Shown one piece after another: positions 18,289 to 27,350 of a DNA stretch of 55,631 nt. The notes under the pieces were generated by a model. The model had not been told where the DNA came from, searched no databases, and saw nothing but the letters and a program-made list of their open reading frames with translations. The translations under genes were made by a program, and so were the position numbers. How positions within the stretch are numbered: the stretch's first letter is position 1; every line of letters starts with the position of its first letter. The stretch covers positions 1 to 55,631 of the IMG/VR virus record IMGVR_UViG_3300030099_001934, one strand, 5' to 3'. This DNA comes from a virus. Taxonomy: Duplodnaviria > Caudoviricetes.

Positions 18289-21200
18289 CTAAGCCTCATA
18301 ATCCGATTCTGCTTCATAAGCGGAGGACTGCTCGCCTCTTTTCTGTTTTAATCGCCTTTGCGTAACTGAGTCATATTCTTCTTCGGGGTCTTCGGTTGGG
18401 CGCTCAATCATATCCCAATCAGGGACACTTTCCTCACTGGTGAGTCTTGTTGGCCCTCTTGGGGATTCTATTGCACTACCAACATCTATACCAAGTCCAC
18501 CTCTACCAGCACCACCAGTCATTTTCTCTTTTGCTACCCTATCAAGGCGCTCTGTTAAATTAGCAATACGAGTAATTGTCTTGAGCATTGTTTTCATACC
18601 GGGCTTCATAATGTTCATTTCGTCATTAGCGTCAATGACACCAGCCGATTGTTTTTCGCTTTGCCTTCTATCTTTTTTAGAATGCATGGTGTGATATTTC
18701 TTGTCAGGGATAATCTCTTCAACTATACTATCGTCTTTCTTATCAACTCCCTTCATCATTAAAGAAACTGCTTGATTCCATAGCGGTCTAACACTTTCAG
18801 CCAGTTGTAAAGTGTAATCAGACTGGCTTAATTCACCCATTACAGACTTAGGTGAGTGCGCCCAATTTCCAGTATGACTGGATTCTGACTTGTAAATTAC
18901 TTCGTCTAACCCCTCAAAAACAATGGATATTTGGTCTTCTTTGAGGGTTATATCATAAGGAACATGGATAATAGGGTGAGATTTAGCCAAAAGAGATAAT
19001 GTTTCAAGACTCGCTGGACTTTCTGAATCAGCCTCTCCTACAATCTTTGAAGAGGTTACATCGTAGATTGTTTTACCTTGACGATTCCGCTTTTTAACTC
19101 CTGAAACTGAAATTGAAACGGTGTCTCCTTCTTTGAATGGCTTTGGACTTTTTACTGTTCCAACATCAAGATACTGTTTACCTTCGTAGTCTACACCACG
19201 ATTACCAAAGCCTTCTGAGTCAAGTGGCCCAGCGCCTAATCTGTATGTGTATGGCCCTTTACCTCTAACATCTAAGATAATGAAACTTACATTTTTGTTC
19301 TTGCGGAGTAAGAACCACTTAGGATGTCGGCGTTCCCCACGCATGTATGTAGACTTAGCATCACGGAGTAACAACTGTTTATGGGTTTCCTGTAAACTGC
19401 TGACTGTGGCTTCTAATCCTCCGTCTTCTGTCATACGAGTATCGTATGGGCCGGGAACTAAAACATGCTCATGACTATCAAATTGACCTCTCAATACTTT
19501 GAGTCTTTCACGAACAGTCATATCGGAAATATTAGTATCGTCATAATCAATTATGTCTATGATGTGTATATTGTCCTTCATTCTCACAGCATCAATGATG
19601 TAGTTTTTCTCAGTAACGGCTTTCAATTGCTTCTTGTCATCTTCGCTCAAAGGAATAGCATCGTTGTTTTCATCGTATGCCGTAAGGGTATTACCTTTAC
19701 GAATAATCATCATGCGCTTACCATCGTAGAAAGCCGACACTATCCAATCACCACTAAAACCTCGTAGTGCCTCAAAATCCTTCAAAGAGAAAATACGATG
19801 CATAGGTAGAATAGGTGGAGGTCTACCCTTATCTTCTTTCAATAAAGCATCAGGGTTCATCAACACCATTAGAGTTTCAGTAGGGTCACTTGTTGAAATT
19901 GCATTTGGGTCAAGGTTAGCAGGTAATCCGGTAACATCAACTCTGTTCATGTTAGTCACCGCTGACGGGACTTGATAGTTTGAAGAAAGAACTTGACTAA
20001 CTGCTTCTTCTCCGTGAAGCGCTTTCATAATCTCTTCAGGGATAGAGTGTAAAAATTGAGATTCTGTATTTGTTCCAGCCATAGCAGTCTTGTTACCGGG
20101 GAACTCCATTCCAACGCTTGGTGTCATTTCATAACCACTATCCATTCCTCCTGAAATGAACATGTCTTGAACAGAAGCCCCGTTACTATTAGCGGGGTGA
20201 ATAGGTTGTTGAGTCCACTGTGCAGTCCTTACACTTGTTGAAGGAGTAACGACTTTTTCCATTGTTGTAGCCTTAGTGGGGTCAAATATCAAAAGGTCAT
20301 GAACTCTACTTTTAGCCTGATTCAAACTACCAGCAAAACCTTTCAAACTCCCAGTAGCCATGTTTCCTTTCTTACCTCTCTTGTATCTTTTATCAGAGAA
20401 ATCAGTTAATGGTATACGAGACAAACCATGAGATTCATACGAGTTTTGTTGTCTTGGACTAAACAGTTGTTCCATTAGTTCAAGATGACCTCCGTATTTT
20501 TTTCTAAAATTATCAGCAAATTGACCATTCTCAATATTATGTTTGGTTGGGTCTACTTTCGCTGGTGTTCGTGTTCTCTTATGCTCATCAAAGATAGAAT
20601 CAATGACACCGTGGTGGTCATCAGAAGTAAAAATAGTATTTGGCTCTTCACCAGCAAAACTTATTCCAGTGCCTAATAAATTACCATGAGTGAGAACTTT
20701 GACCGGAGCATCCATTCCTTCAAGTAATCTATCAATCATTTCGTTATGCACTGCATCATCGGGTAAATTAAGAAGAGAGCGAACCTTTGCTTGGGAGTGT
20801 GTTGGTAATATTTCACTACCAGCAGCACCTAAGACACTGGCTATAGTATGATGAGGAGAGACAATGTTTTCATCATCGGATAGTAATTCACTGGCACTTC
20901 TCACTTCTTGTTTTACCTCTCCATAACCATGAGTATGTAACCCATGAGACGAGTGAGGTAGTCTTAACAAAGCCATGTTAGCATCACGCATCAAACGAGA
21001 AGTATTGGCTAAGAACTTGTCAGGGAACTCAGGATTGAAAGCATCAGGGTCAGCCTTTTCAAACTCAGGTTTCAATTTTTGAGCCATACTCATTATAGCA
21101 CGAAGGTCACTTTCGTCTTTGATTTCAGCATTATCAGTAATTTGGTTAAATGTAGTCTTATCATCAAGTTGAGCCTCGGCTTCAATAGCCATCTCTTCTT

Positions 21201-23769
21201 GTTCTATGGCGTGTAAGCGAGCATTGAGTTCGGAATATTCATCGCTGCCTTCTTCAAAATCCATTATTTGATTACTGATAGTATCATATTCGTGCATTAA
21301 TTCCTCAAGTTTGTCTTCGGCTTCAGCGGATAGAGGAACATCTTTTGCCTTCTTTTTCTTATGACCTTGAAAGATTCTGAAAAGTTCTCTATTTTCATTA
21401 CTATGGCTTAGTATGTTACTCGCACCAATGGATTTTTTGTTAAGCCACATGTTTTTCTTCATAGGGTCATGTGGTGGATGAAGTCTACCACCAGCAGTAA
21501 CCAAGCGATGAGAATGTTTTGCATTGTTAAGCGACTGAGTTGCCTTGAGTCCGATACCACCGAGAGCATTGATTGCGTTAGCATTGAAATAATTGTCAGC
21601 ACTAAGAGCACTTCTGTTGGCTGGGCCGTTGAAATACGCTTTACGCTCATCATCAGACATATATCTAACTTGATTTGAATATCCACCAACCAATGATGTT
21701 TTTTGACGGAAAGGCATATTTTTTGTATTCCTAACCTTTGTCATGTGTCGGTGGTTTGCTGAATCCCAAAAAGAAGTAATACCGTGATGACCAGCATGTT
21801 GTCTTGTTTCTTTTGAATACAAAGAAGGAATATAGCGCCCCCAAAGACCTACAGTTTTTGGGTTAGGAACAAATCTATCACGCTCTACTCTACCCATTAT
21901 TGAATAACCATCATCGTCTTTAGGTAGGCTATCGTGCATCATTTCTAAGTAATGTAATACATTTCTACCCATTCCCCCTTGATGGTGAAAGTCTTCAGCA
22001 AACGGAGCAGCAAGACCTATGACATTGTTTTCTTCATCAGTTAGCCAATGCTCTCTTTCGTCTTCAGGAATATCCGCAAGGTCAGGGCCATTTTTCCCTA
22101 CATGATGAAAAGAGTCATGATTACGAATTGGTTTTTGTTGCCTTTCAATTTCTGACATCTCTTTTGCTCGTTTAATGACTTCTCTTATCTTTTCCATACT
22201 CACAAGTGGGCCGTCAAATCCATCAAGTAACGGGTGTGAATCCATTTCAGTCATATCTGCATTATAACCCATTAATGCTAACATTGTTTCTAAATCAACA
22301 TGTTCGTATGGATTTTCGTCAAGTATTTTCAATTCTTTTAATTTTGATTCAGCGTCTTCTAATCTACCTATTTTACGCCCTTGTCTCATTCCTTTTACCG
22401 GGAGGTGCAATAGCCCTTCTTGTTCTTGCTCTTCTTCGTATGTTCCAACATCCATAGAGTCACGGTGCTCGTGTAGAAGTTCGTTATATTCGTCAAGAAG
22501 ATTTTGGTAAACAGAAGTTTTGGACTCATTCTCGCTATCAAAAGGAACTTCTTGCATAGCCTTCATCAATGATGCTTTGATGTATCTTTCTTCTCCATCA
22601 GGAATATCATCTACTGTTTCATAGTGCTTTTTGACATTAGCACCATGCATGTGTTGAGGTCGCATGTAACGGTCAAACTCACCAGTAAATCGCTGAGCGA
22701 GATTTCTCTTGATACGACCAGCACTTATGACACCATTATTACCCAACTCTATGTTTTGAGCATTAGCATGGTCACTGCCTTTTTCATGTAGATGTTGAAT
22801 GACTCTATACCTATCAACGGGATTCAAAAACTCCAAACCATACAAGTAACCCTCATGTCCTAAACTCTCTTTTAGTAATATAGGGTCAAGTTCGCTTTCA
22901 GGCTTACCTGAATAAAGATGGTCTTGAATCTCTTGCTCACTCATCTTAGCCTTCGGGTCAAACGCTTCACCATGATATTGGTCACCCTCCCAACCATCGG
23001 CTGCATCTTCAAAGTGCATTAACCTCAGAGCATGCTCATGTTCTACTGGCTTTGGATATTTTTCAATCATCTTTTTTTCTAAATCACGGTTATTCTCTAA
23101 CCATCTTTGATAGTTGTTCTCATAGATGTCATGTAGATAATGGTCATTTAGAGGGCCAAGAAAATTATGATGTCTCTCCTCTTTACCTGATTCAACATTG
23201 TAACGAAGTTTACCAATTACCGCTGGGTTTTCTTTCTTTTCTTCAAGTCTTTCCTTTCCTATCTCAGCCATCTTATGCCGAAAAGACATACTTTCCCCAC
23301 CGGGTTTTGAAGGTAAGTAGAAACGCCTCAACTTTTCAGTCATAGCCGACCTACCAGTTATGGTATTTTTTTGACGCAAAGGGTGGTGTTTTTTGTGGTG
23401 CGGGTGTGATTCAGGATAGTGCTGTCCTTGTGCAAACTCAGCATGAGGGTATGAAGATGCAACTTCATGTAGAGGTCTTTCTCTCATTCTACCTTGCCAA
23501 ACATGCTCACCGAGTTTCATCTCAGCGCCTCTTACAAAAGTAGTGCCTTTTGTCTTTTTATCAAAACGATGTCTTTTTTGCTTCTGTTTAAGAATAGAAT
23601 AACAGACATCATCTAATGGAGTCTGTGGTATTGTTTCATTATGATTCTCTAAGTTCATCTTGGCGAAATAAAAGTCACCAATAGCATTATGTAAATCTAC
23701 ACCATCAAAAATTGATTTAAGAAGTTCATCACGACTTCTGTAATACCAACCTGTCGGCGTTTCTCTCAT
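18289..23769 (-). CDS. 1826-aa head-module protein with a C-terminal degenerate ATP-dependent DNA ligase-like fold
   Basis: About 18990-19830 encodes WIVSAFYDGKR (motif I lacking Lys), IIDIIDYDDTNISDMTVRERL, LLLRDAKSTYMRGERRHPKW and an OB-like YLDVGTV. The N-terminal ~1300 aa are unrecognised. Confidence 0.75.
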   Translation of the reverse strand: MRETPTGWYYRSRDELLKSIFDGVDLHNAIGDFYFAKMNLENHNETIPQTPLDDVCYSILKQKQKRHRFDKKTKGTTFVRGAEMKLGEHVWQGRMRERPLHEVASSYPHAEFAQGQHYPESHPHHKKHHPLRQKNTITGRSAMTEKLRRFYLPSKPGGESMSFRHKMAEIGKERLEEKKENPAVIGKLRYNVESGKEERHHNFLGPLNDHYLHDIYENNYQRWLENNRDLEKKMIEKYPKPVEHEHALRLMHFEDAADGWEGDQYHGEAFDPKAKMSEQEIQDHLYSGKPESELDPILLKESLGHEGYLYGLEFLNPVDRYRVIQHLHEKGSDHANAQNIELGNNGVISAGRIKRNLAQRFTGEFDRYMRPQHMHGANVKKHYETVDDIPDGEERYIKASLMKAMQEVPFDSENESKTSVYQNLLDEYNELLHEHRDSMDVGTYEEEQEQEGLLHLPVKGMRQGRKIGRLEDAESKLKELKILDENPYEHVDLETMLALMGYNADMTEMDSHPLLDGFDGPLVSMEKIREVIKRAKEMSEIERQQKPIRNHDSFHHVGKNGPDLADIPEDEREHWLTDEENNVIGLAAPFAEDFHHQGGMGRNVLHYLEMMHDSLPKDDDGYSIMGRVERDRFVPNPKTVGLWGRYIPSLYSKETRQHAGHHGITSFWDSANHRHMTKVRNTKNMPFRQKTSLVGGYSNQVRYMSDDERKAYFNGPANRSALSADNYFNANAINALGGIGLKATQSLNNAKHSHRLVTAGGRLHPPHDPMKKNMWLNKKSIGASNILSHSNENRELFRIFQGHKKKKAKDVPLSAEAEDKLEELMHEYDTISNQIMDFEEGSDEYSELNARLHAIEQEEMAIEAEAQLDDKTTFNQITDNAEIKDESDLRAIMSMAQKLKPEFEKADPDAFNPEFPDKFLANTSRLMRDANMALLRLPHSSHGLHTHGYGEVKQEVRSASELLSDDENIVSPHHTIASVLGAAGSEILPTHSQAKVRSLLNLPDDAVHNEMIDRLLEGMDAPVKVLTHGNLLGTGISFAGEEPNTIFTSDDHHGVIDSIFDEHKRTRTPAKVDPTKHNIENGQFADNFRKKYGGHLELMEQLFSPRQQNSYESHGLSRIPLTDFSDKRYKRGKKGNMATGSLKGFAGSLNQAKSRVHDLLIFDPTKATTMEKVVTPSTSVRTAQWTQQPIHPANSNGASVQDMFISGGMDSGYEMTPSVGMEFPGNKTAMAGTNTESQFLHSIPEEIMKALHGEEAVSQVLSSNYQVPSAVTNMNRVDVTGLPANLDPNAISTSDPTETLMVLMNPDALLKEDKGRPPPILPMHRIFSLKDFEALRGFSGDWIVSAFYDGKRMMIIRKGNTLTAYDENNDAIPLSEDDKKQLKAVTEKNYIIDAVRMKDNIHIIDIIDYDDTNISDMTVRERLKVLRGQFDSHEHVLVPGPYDTRMTEDGGLEATVSSLQETHKQLLLRDAKSTYMRGERRHPKWFLLRKNKNVSFIILDVRGKGPYTYRLGAGPLDSEGFGNRGVDYEGKQYLDVGTVKSPKPFKEGDTVSISVSGVKKRNRQGKTIYDVTSSKIVGEADSESPASLETLSLLAKSHPIIHVPYDITLKEDQISIVFEGLDEVIYKSESSHTGNWAHSPKSVMGELSQSDYTLQLAESVRPLWNQAVSLMMKGVDKKDDSIVEEIIPDKKYHTMHSKKDRRQSEKQSAGVIDANDEMNIMKPGMKTMLKTITRIANLTERLDRVAKEKMTGGAGRGGLGIDVGSAIESPRGPTRLTSEESVPDWDMIERPTEDPEEEYDSVTQRRLKQKRGEQSSAYEAESDYEA

Positions 23770-23780
23770 TCAAACACCCC

Positions 23781-24821
23781 TCAATAGGGGTCGTTACTCA
23801 AAACCCCGTTGTTATCAAGACGACTTACTCCGCCACCTTCGTGTGGGTTTAACATAGCGGCTAACTTGTCAAGACTAACTTGCACCGATGTAGCACCTTT
23901 GTTAGTAACATCTTCAGCATTGTATGGATATTGATTAGTGGTGTAGTAAGCGTTTCTTGTTTGGCCGCCTGTTTCAGACAAAAACATAACACCCATTGGT
24001 GAAGAATCAAATGATGTTGTAAATCCGGGTTGAGAGCCTTCAGCAACTGCTTTTTTCATACGAGCATTTTCTATCCTTTCGGGCTTTCCTGATGCTGATT
24101 TGTCGGTTAAAGGCATAGGTGGCCCACGGAAACCGGGTCGCTTAACTTTAACACCACGACCTGCTTGACCACGCTTTTGCTCACGAGGCTTACCTTCACT
24201 TAGAGGCAAAGTTCTCGTTGCGCCAGTATCTTCACGCATTGGGGGTGGACTCGCTTGCTCATCAGTTGCCTCTTCATAATCATACATAGTTGGGTCGCCT
24301 TCTTCATCTGAGTAGTCCATTTCTTGACGAGGCTCAGGTGGAAAACCAGCATTCCTTCGCTGTGCGTCACCAATGGTAAATACACCATCACCTTTCATTT
24401 TGTCATCTTTGTCAGGTTTACCATGTGCTTTATCGCACTGTGCTTTTTGCTTATCAGAACACTCAGAGTATTTTTTACCAAAGTTCTTCATGCAGTATGC
24501 GTCTTTGATAGCCATGTCAGCCTTAGCCTTCATGTCTTTTGCACCCTTACCATCAGCAGCAAACTTAGGAACTTTCTTACCTTCGTGCTCTACCATTTCA
24601 AGCCCTTTTTTCATACAAGTAGGACAATCATTGTTTTTACAATCAGGGCATTTTGCCTTTTCCATTTTGCCACCACAGCCCATTTTAGCGCAGCCCATTT
24701 TTGTGTTCCCACATTCAGGACATTTTGCTTTTTCAAGTGTGTCAATACGCTGACTCAATTCTTGTGCTTTATTCATCAAATCTAATGCGTGTCGGCTCAT
24801 CGGGGAGGGTATAGGCTTCAT
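23781..24821 (-). CDS. Low-complexity K/M/C-rich putative internal head protein
   Basis: 346 aa; repeated EKAKCPxC, a MVEHEGKKVPKFAADGKG motif and many (L/M)xK(A/G/S) sites. Confidence 0.55.
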   Translation of the reverse strand: MKPIPSPMSRHALDLMNKAQELSQRIDTLEKAKCPECGNTKMGCAKMGCGGKMEKAKCPDCKNNDCPTCMKKGLEMVEHEGKKVPKFAADGKGAKDMKAKADMAIKDAYCMKNFGKKYSECSDKQKAQCDKAHGKPDKDDKMKGDGVFTIGDAQRRNAGFPPEPRQEMDYSDEEGDPTMYDYEEATDEQASPPPMREDTGATRTLPLSEGKPREQKRGQAGRGVKVKRPGFRGPPMPLTDKSASGKPERIENARMKKAVAEGSQPGFTTSFDSSPMGVMFLSETGGQTRNAYYTTNQYPYNAEDVTNKGATSVQVSLDKLAAMLNPHEGGGVSRLDNNGVLSNDPY

Positions 24822-25165
24822 TGTATCACTTCTGTTCCTTTGGCTTGCTCGGCCATTTCATGAATCTCCTCCCAAGACATTAGGTGGATTTCATTATTTG
24901 AATATTCATTTTGACTCTTTAGTAGTCCTGAGTCCATTTGGTTTTCAACTCCGACATCTCCTCTAAATGCATCTGTGGAAACATCTTGACTTAGAGGAGT
25001 AGCAGCGGGAACAAAACCTGCTTTGCGTAGCATACTGATTGGGTCGCTTACAGCGTCACGAAGTTTTTGATTTTCGGCTTTCAAAACCTGTAAGTCGCCA
25101 TCCATTGTTTCCATTTTTGAAATTAGAGCATTCATTAAACGCTCAGCAACAGACTCTTGACTCAT
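24818..25165 (-). CDS. Coiled-coil protein with a scaffold-like C-terminal motif
   Basis: 115 aa ending in MSWEEIHEMA, against MSWEEVHQLA in the scaffold; SD GGTGA. Confidence 0.65.
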   Translation of the reverse strand: MSQESVAERLMNALISKMETMDGDLQVLKAENQKLRDAVSDPISMLRKAGFVPAATPLSQDVSTDAFRGDVGVENQMDSGLLKSQNEYSNNEIHLMSWEEIHEMAEQAKGTEVIQ

Positions 25166-25175
25166 TTAATCACCT

Positions 25176-25529
25176 TCACTTAGGAGAGTAACGACCAAAA
25201 GTGCCGTAGTGTTTACGCAGTCCATTCCCAGTTCTTGCTGATAGGATTGTTCCGGGTAGAACATCGCTTCTTTGCGAGACATCAAACTTCTGTCCAGTAG
25301 TGCTCATTTTGAGAATAGTAGACTCACCGGGCTGGACAGCATCAACAAGTTCTTTTTCAGCCTTAACAATAGCCGAGTGAATATCCTCATTCAAATATCC
25401 AGCAAACTTCAAGATTTCATTTAGATGTTGCTGGGCCGCAAATGGGTCACTGCTCTCCAATGCTTTATTGAATGCATCTGTGTGAACAGTTAATTTTCTT
25501 GCCATAGGATTCATTTTTAGTAAGTCCAT
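25176..25529 (-). CDS. Hypothetical head-module protein
   Basis: 117-aa ORF directly after the portal gene. Confidence 0.6.
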   Translation of the reverse strand: MDLLKMNPMARKLTVHTDAFNKALESSDPFAAQQHLNEILKFAGYLNEDIHSAIVKAEKELVDAVQPGESTILKMSTTGQKFDVSQRSDVLPGTILSARTGNGLRKHYGTFGRYSPK

Positions 25530-25574
25530 AGTCTCGCCTCTATTGCACTCGTAGTGATACCACCCTAAATAGCC

Positions 25575-27350
25575 TTACGCCCCACGCAATCTTCTACTGT
25601 CTTGTAATCTTGATGCGTTTTGTTGAGAGATAGATGGTGCTAACCCTCTTTGTTGAACACTACTTACTGGCGCTCCCGCACCCGGACTACCTCTTTGTTG
25701 AGGTCTTGCTGGAGAGCGAGGAGTGCGTATTCCCATTCCCTCTCCTCCGGGCTGTGATGGAGGCATCATTTGTGGAGGTAATCTACCGCCTTGCATCATC
25801 TGTGGAGGCATACCGCCTTGCATCGGAGGCATGGCTTGTCTTGGTGGCATTCCTCCGCCCATTTGAGGAGGCGGCATAGCACCCGGCTTTTGCTGCTGAG
25901 GCTGACCTTCAGGTTGGCCTTCAGGTTGAGGAGTTTTCTTACGATAACTGAAACGAACATCTCTATCTCCTTCTTCAAGCAATTCAGGCTCATAACCAAG
26001 CATAGCCATTCTCTGTGCAAGATTGACCTCCATCTCATCACGGCGTAATCTTGTAATTTCATCTTCTTCTTCATTTGGATAAAGAGTCAGTTTCCAATCA
26101 GTGATGTCAAGTTCACGAAGCATACGAGGGAATAGAACATCCGTATACACTTTTTGACCATATTCAACTGCACGATTTGTAACAAGAATCTGTAGACCTT
26201 CATTGTTCAATCCACCCGATTTACCATTGTCAATCATGAAGATTGAAGAAACACCATAAAAAGCAGCAATACGATTTCGTATTTCATCTCTCACAGCGAT
26301 ATACTGCATCTCTTCAAGCGTGTCCATGAACTTAACCCAGTTTACACCACCACGACCCGAAGATGATTCAATACCAACTTTAGGAATGTAATGTGGGTCA
26401 CGCTCCATCTTTTCATCAACGCCTTTCCAAAAGGATTTCATTGACTCAAGATTATCTGTTGTTACACTCACAATACCTTTTGGGATTCTACGCTTTTGAT
26501 ACGCTGTGTAAATGTAATTATCCATAGCGGTTAGAGTCATGGCCTGTCGCCATAGAGTATTTACTGGAGAGCGACCATACAATTTACCGGGGTTGTATTT
26601 TGAAAGATGTATAACTTCTCCTTTCATGAAGTATTGATTCTTACCTGACCCTGCCATATTGACATAGTGAGCATCAACCAAGCGTGAACCACAAACCTGA
26701 CACTTTGGCTCTTGACCCGGATATGCAACTTGGTCACGATGAATACGACAAATCTTGTATCGCCCACCACGGACTCCACGCTTGTCAGCAATAATTCGCA
26801 TAAAAATAGGGTCGCCACGGATGAGTTCTTTTATTCTGTAAAATTGAACCTCTCCTGTTTTTTCATCAACATAGTATTCTTTAATCATCAGGAGGAATGC
26901 ATCATCAACAATATTCAAGTCACGCTCAACTTCATGAAGCACCTGCATGAAAGTCTGTTCCATTGAGTTTTCTTGTTCAAGCAACCATTTGGCATACAAG
27001 GCTTGGTCAGGGTCAGGGGTGCGAACCTCTCCACCGCAAGTAGGGCATGAATCAACTTCATGTTGAAACTCATCTTCACATTCAATACATTTCATGCGAA
27101 ACTTCTTTTCCCAATAGTAACCTCTACGGAATATTTCTTGTCCAAGTTTTGTAATGACAGTTCTAAGAATAAGATTTTCATTTGATACCGCATAAAGTGC
27201 TGGTAGAGTAATACCTTGTGCTAATACTGGCTCTTGTATACCAGTAGTATACAACGGCATTTGAGGCTGAGGAGTAGTTCTTCGTCTAAACGGACTTGCT
27301 AAAGCCGACAAAAATCTACTAACAATACCTTGATTTTCCTCAGCCATCAT
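25575..27350 (-). CDS. Portal protein
   Basis: Portal motifs EVIHLSKYNPGKLYGRSPV, RRIPKGIV and EMQYIAVRDEIRNRIAAFYGVS; CxxC inserts; P/Q/M-rich tail; position between terminase and protease. Confidence 0.9.
   Translation of the reverse strand: MMAEENQGIVSRFLSALASPFRRRTTPQPQMPLYTTGIQEPVLAQGITLPALYAVSNENLILRTVITKLGQEIFRRGYYWEKKFRMKCIECEDEFQHEVDSCPTCGGEVRTPDPDQALYAKWLLEQENSMEQTFMQVLHEVERDLNIVDDAFLLMIKEYYVDEKTGEVQFYRIKELIRGDPIFMRIIADKRGVRGGRYKICRIHRDQVAYPGQEPKCQVCGSRLVDAHYVNMAGSGKNQYFMKGEVIHLSKYNPGKLYGRSPVNTLWRQAMTLTAMDNYIYTAYQKRRIPKGIVSVTTDNLESMKSFWKGVDEKMERDPHYIPKVGIESSSGRGGVNWVKFMDTLEEMQYIAVRDEIRNRIAAFYGVSSIFMIDNGKSGGLNNEGLQILVTNRAVEYGQKVYTDVLFPRMLRELDITDWKLTLYPNEEEDEITRLRRDEMEVNLAQRMAMLGYEPELLEEGDRDVRFSYRKKTPQPEGQPEGQPQQQKPGAMPPPQMGGGMPPRQAMPPMQGGMPPQMMQGGRLPPQMMPPSQPGGEGMGIRTPRSPARPQQRGSPGAGAPVSSVQQRGLAPSISQQNASRLQDSRRLRGA

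Noticed and set aside
18990-19830. Calling the 1826-aa protein an active DNA ligase
   Set aside because: The motif I Lys and the conserved residues of motifs III, IV and V are substituted.
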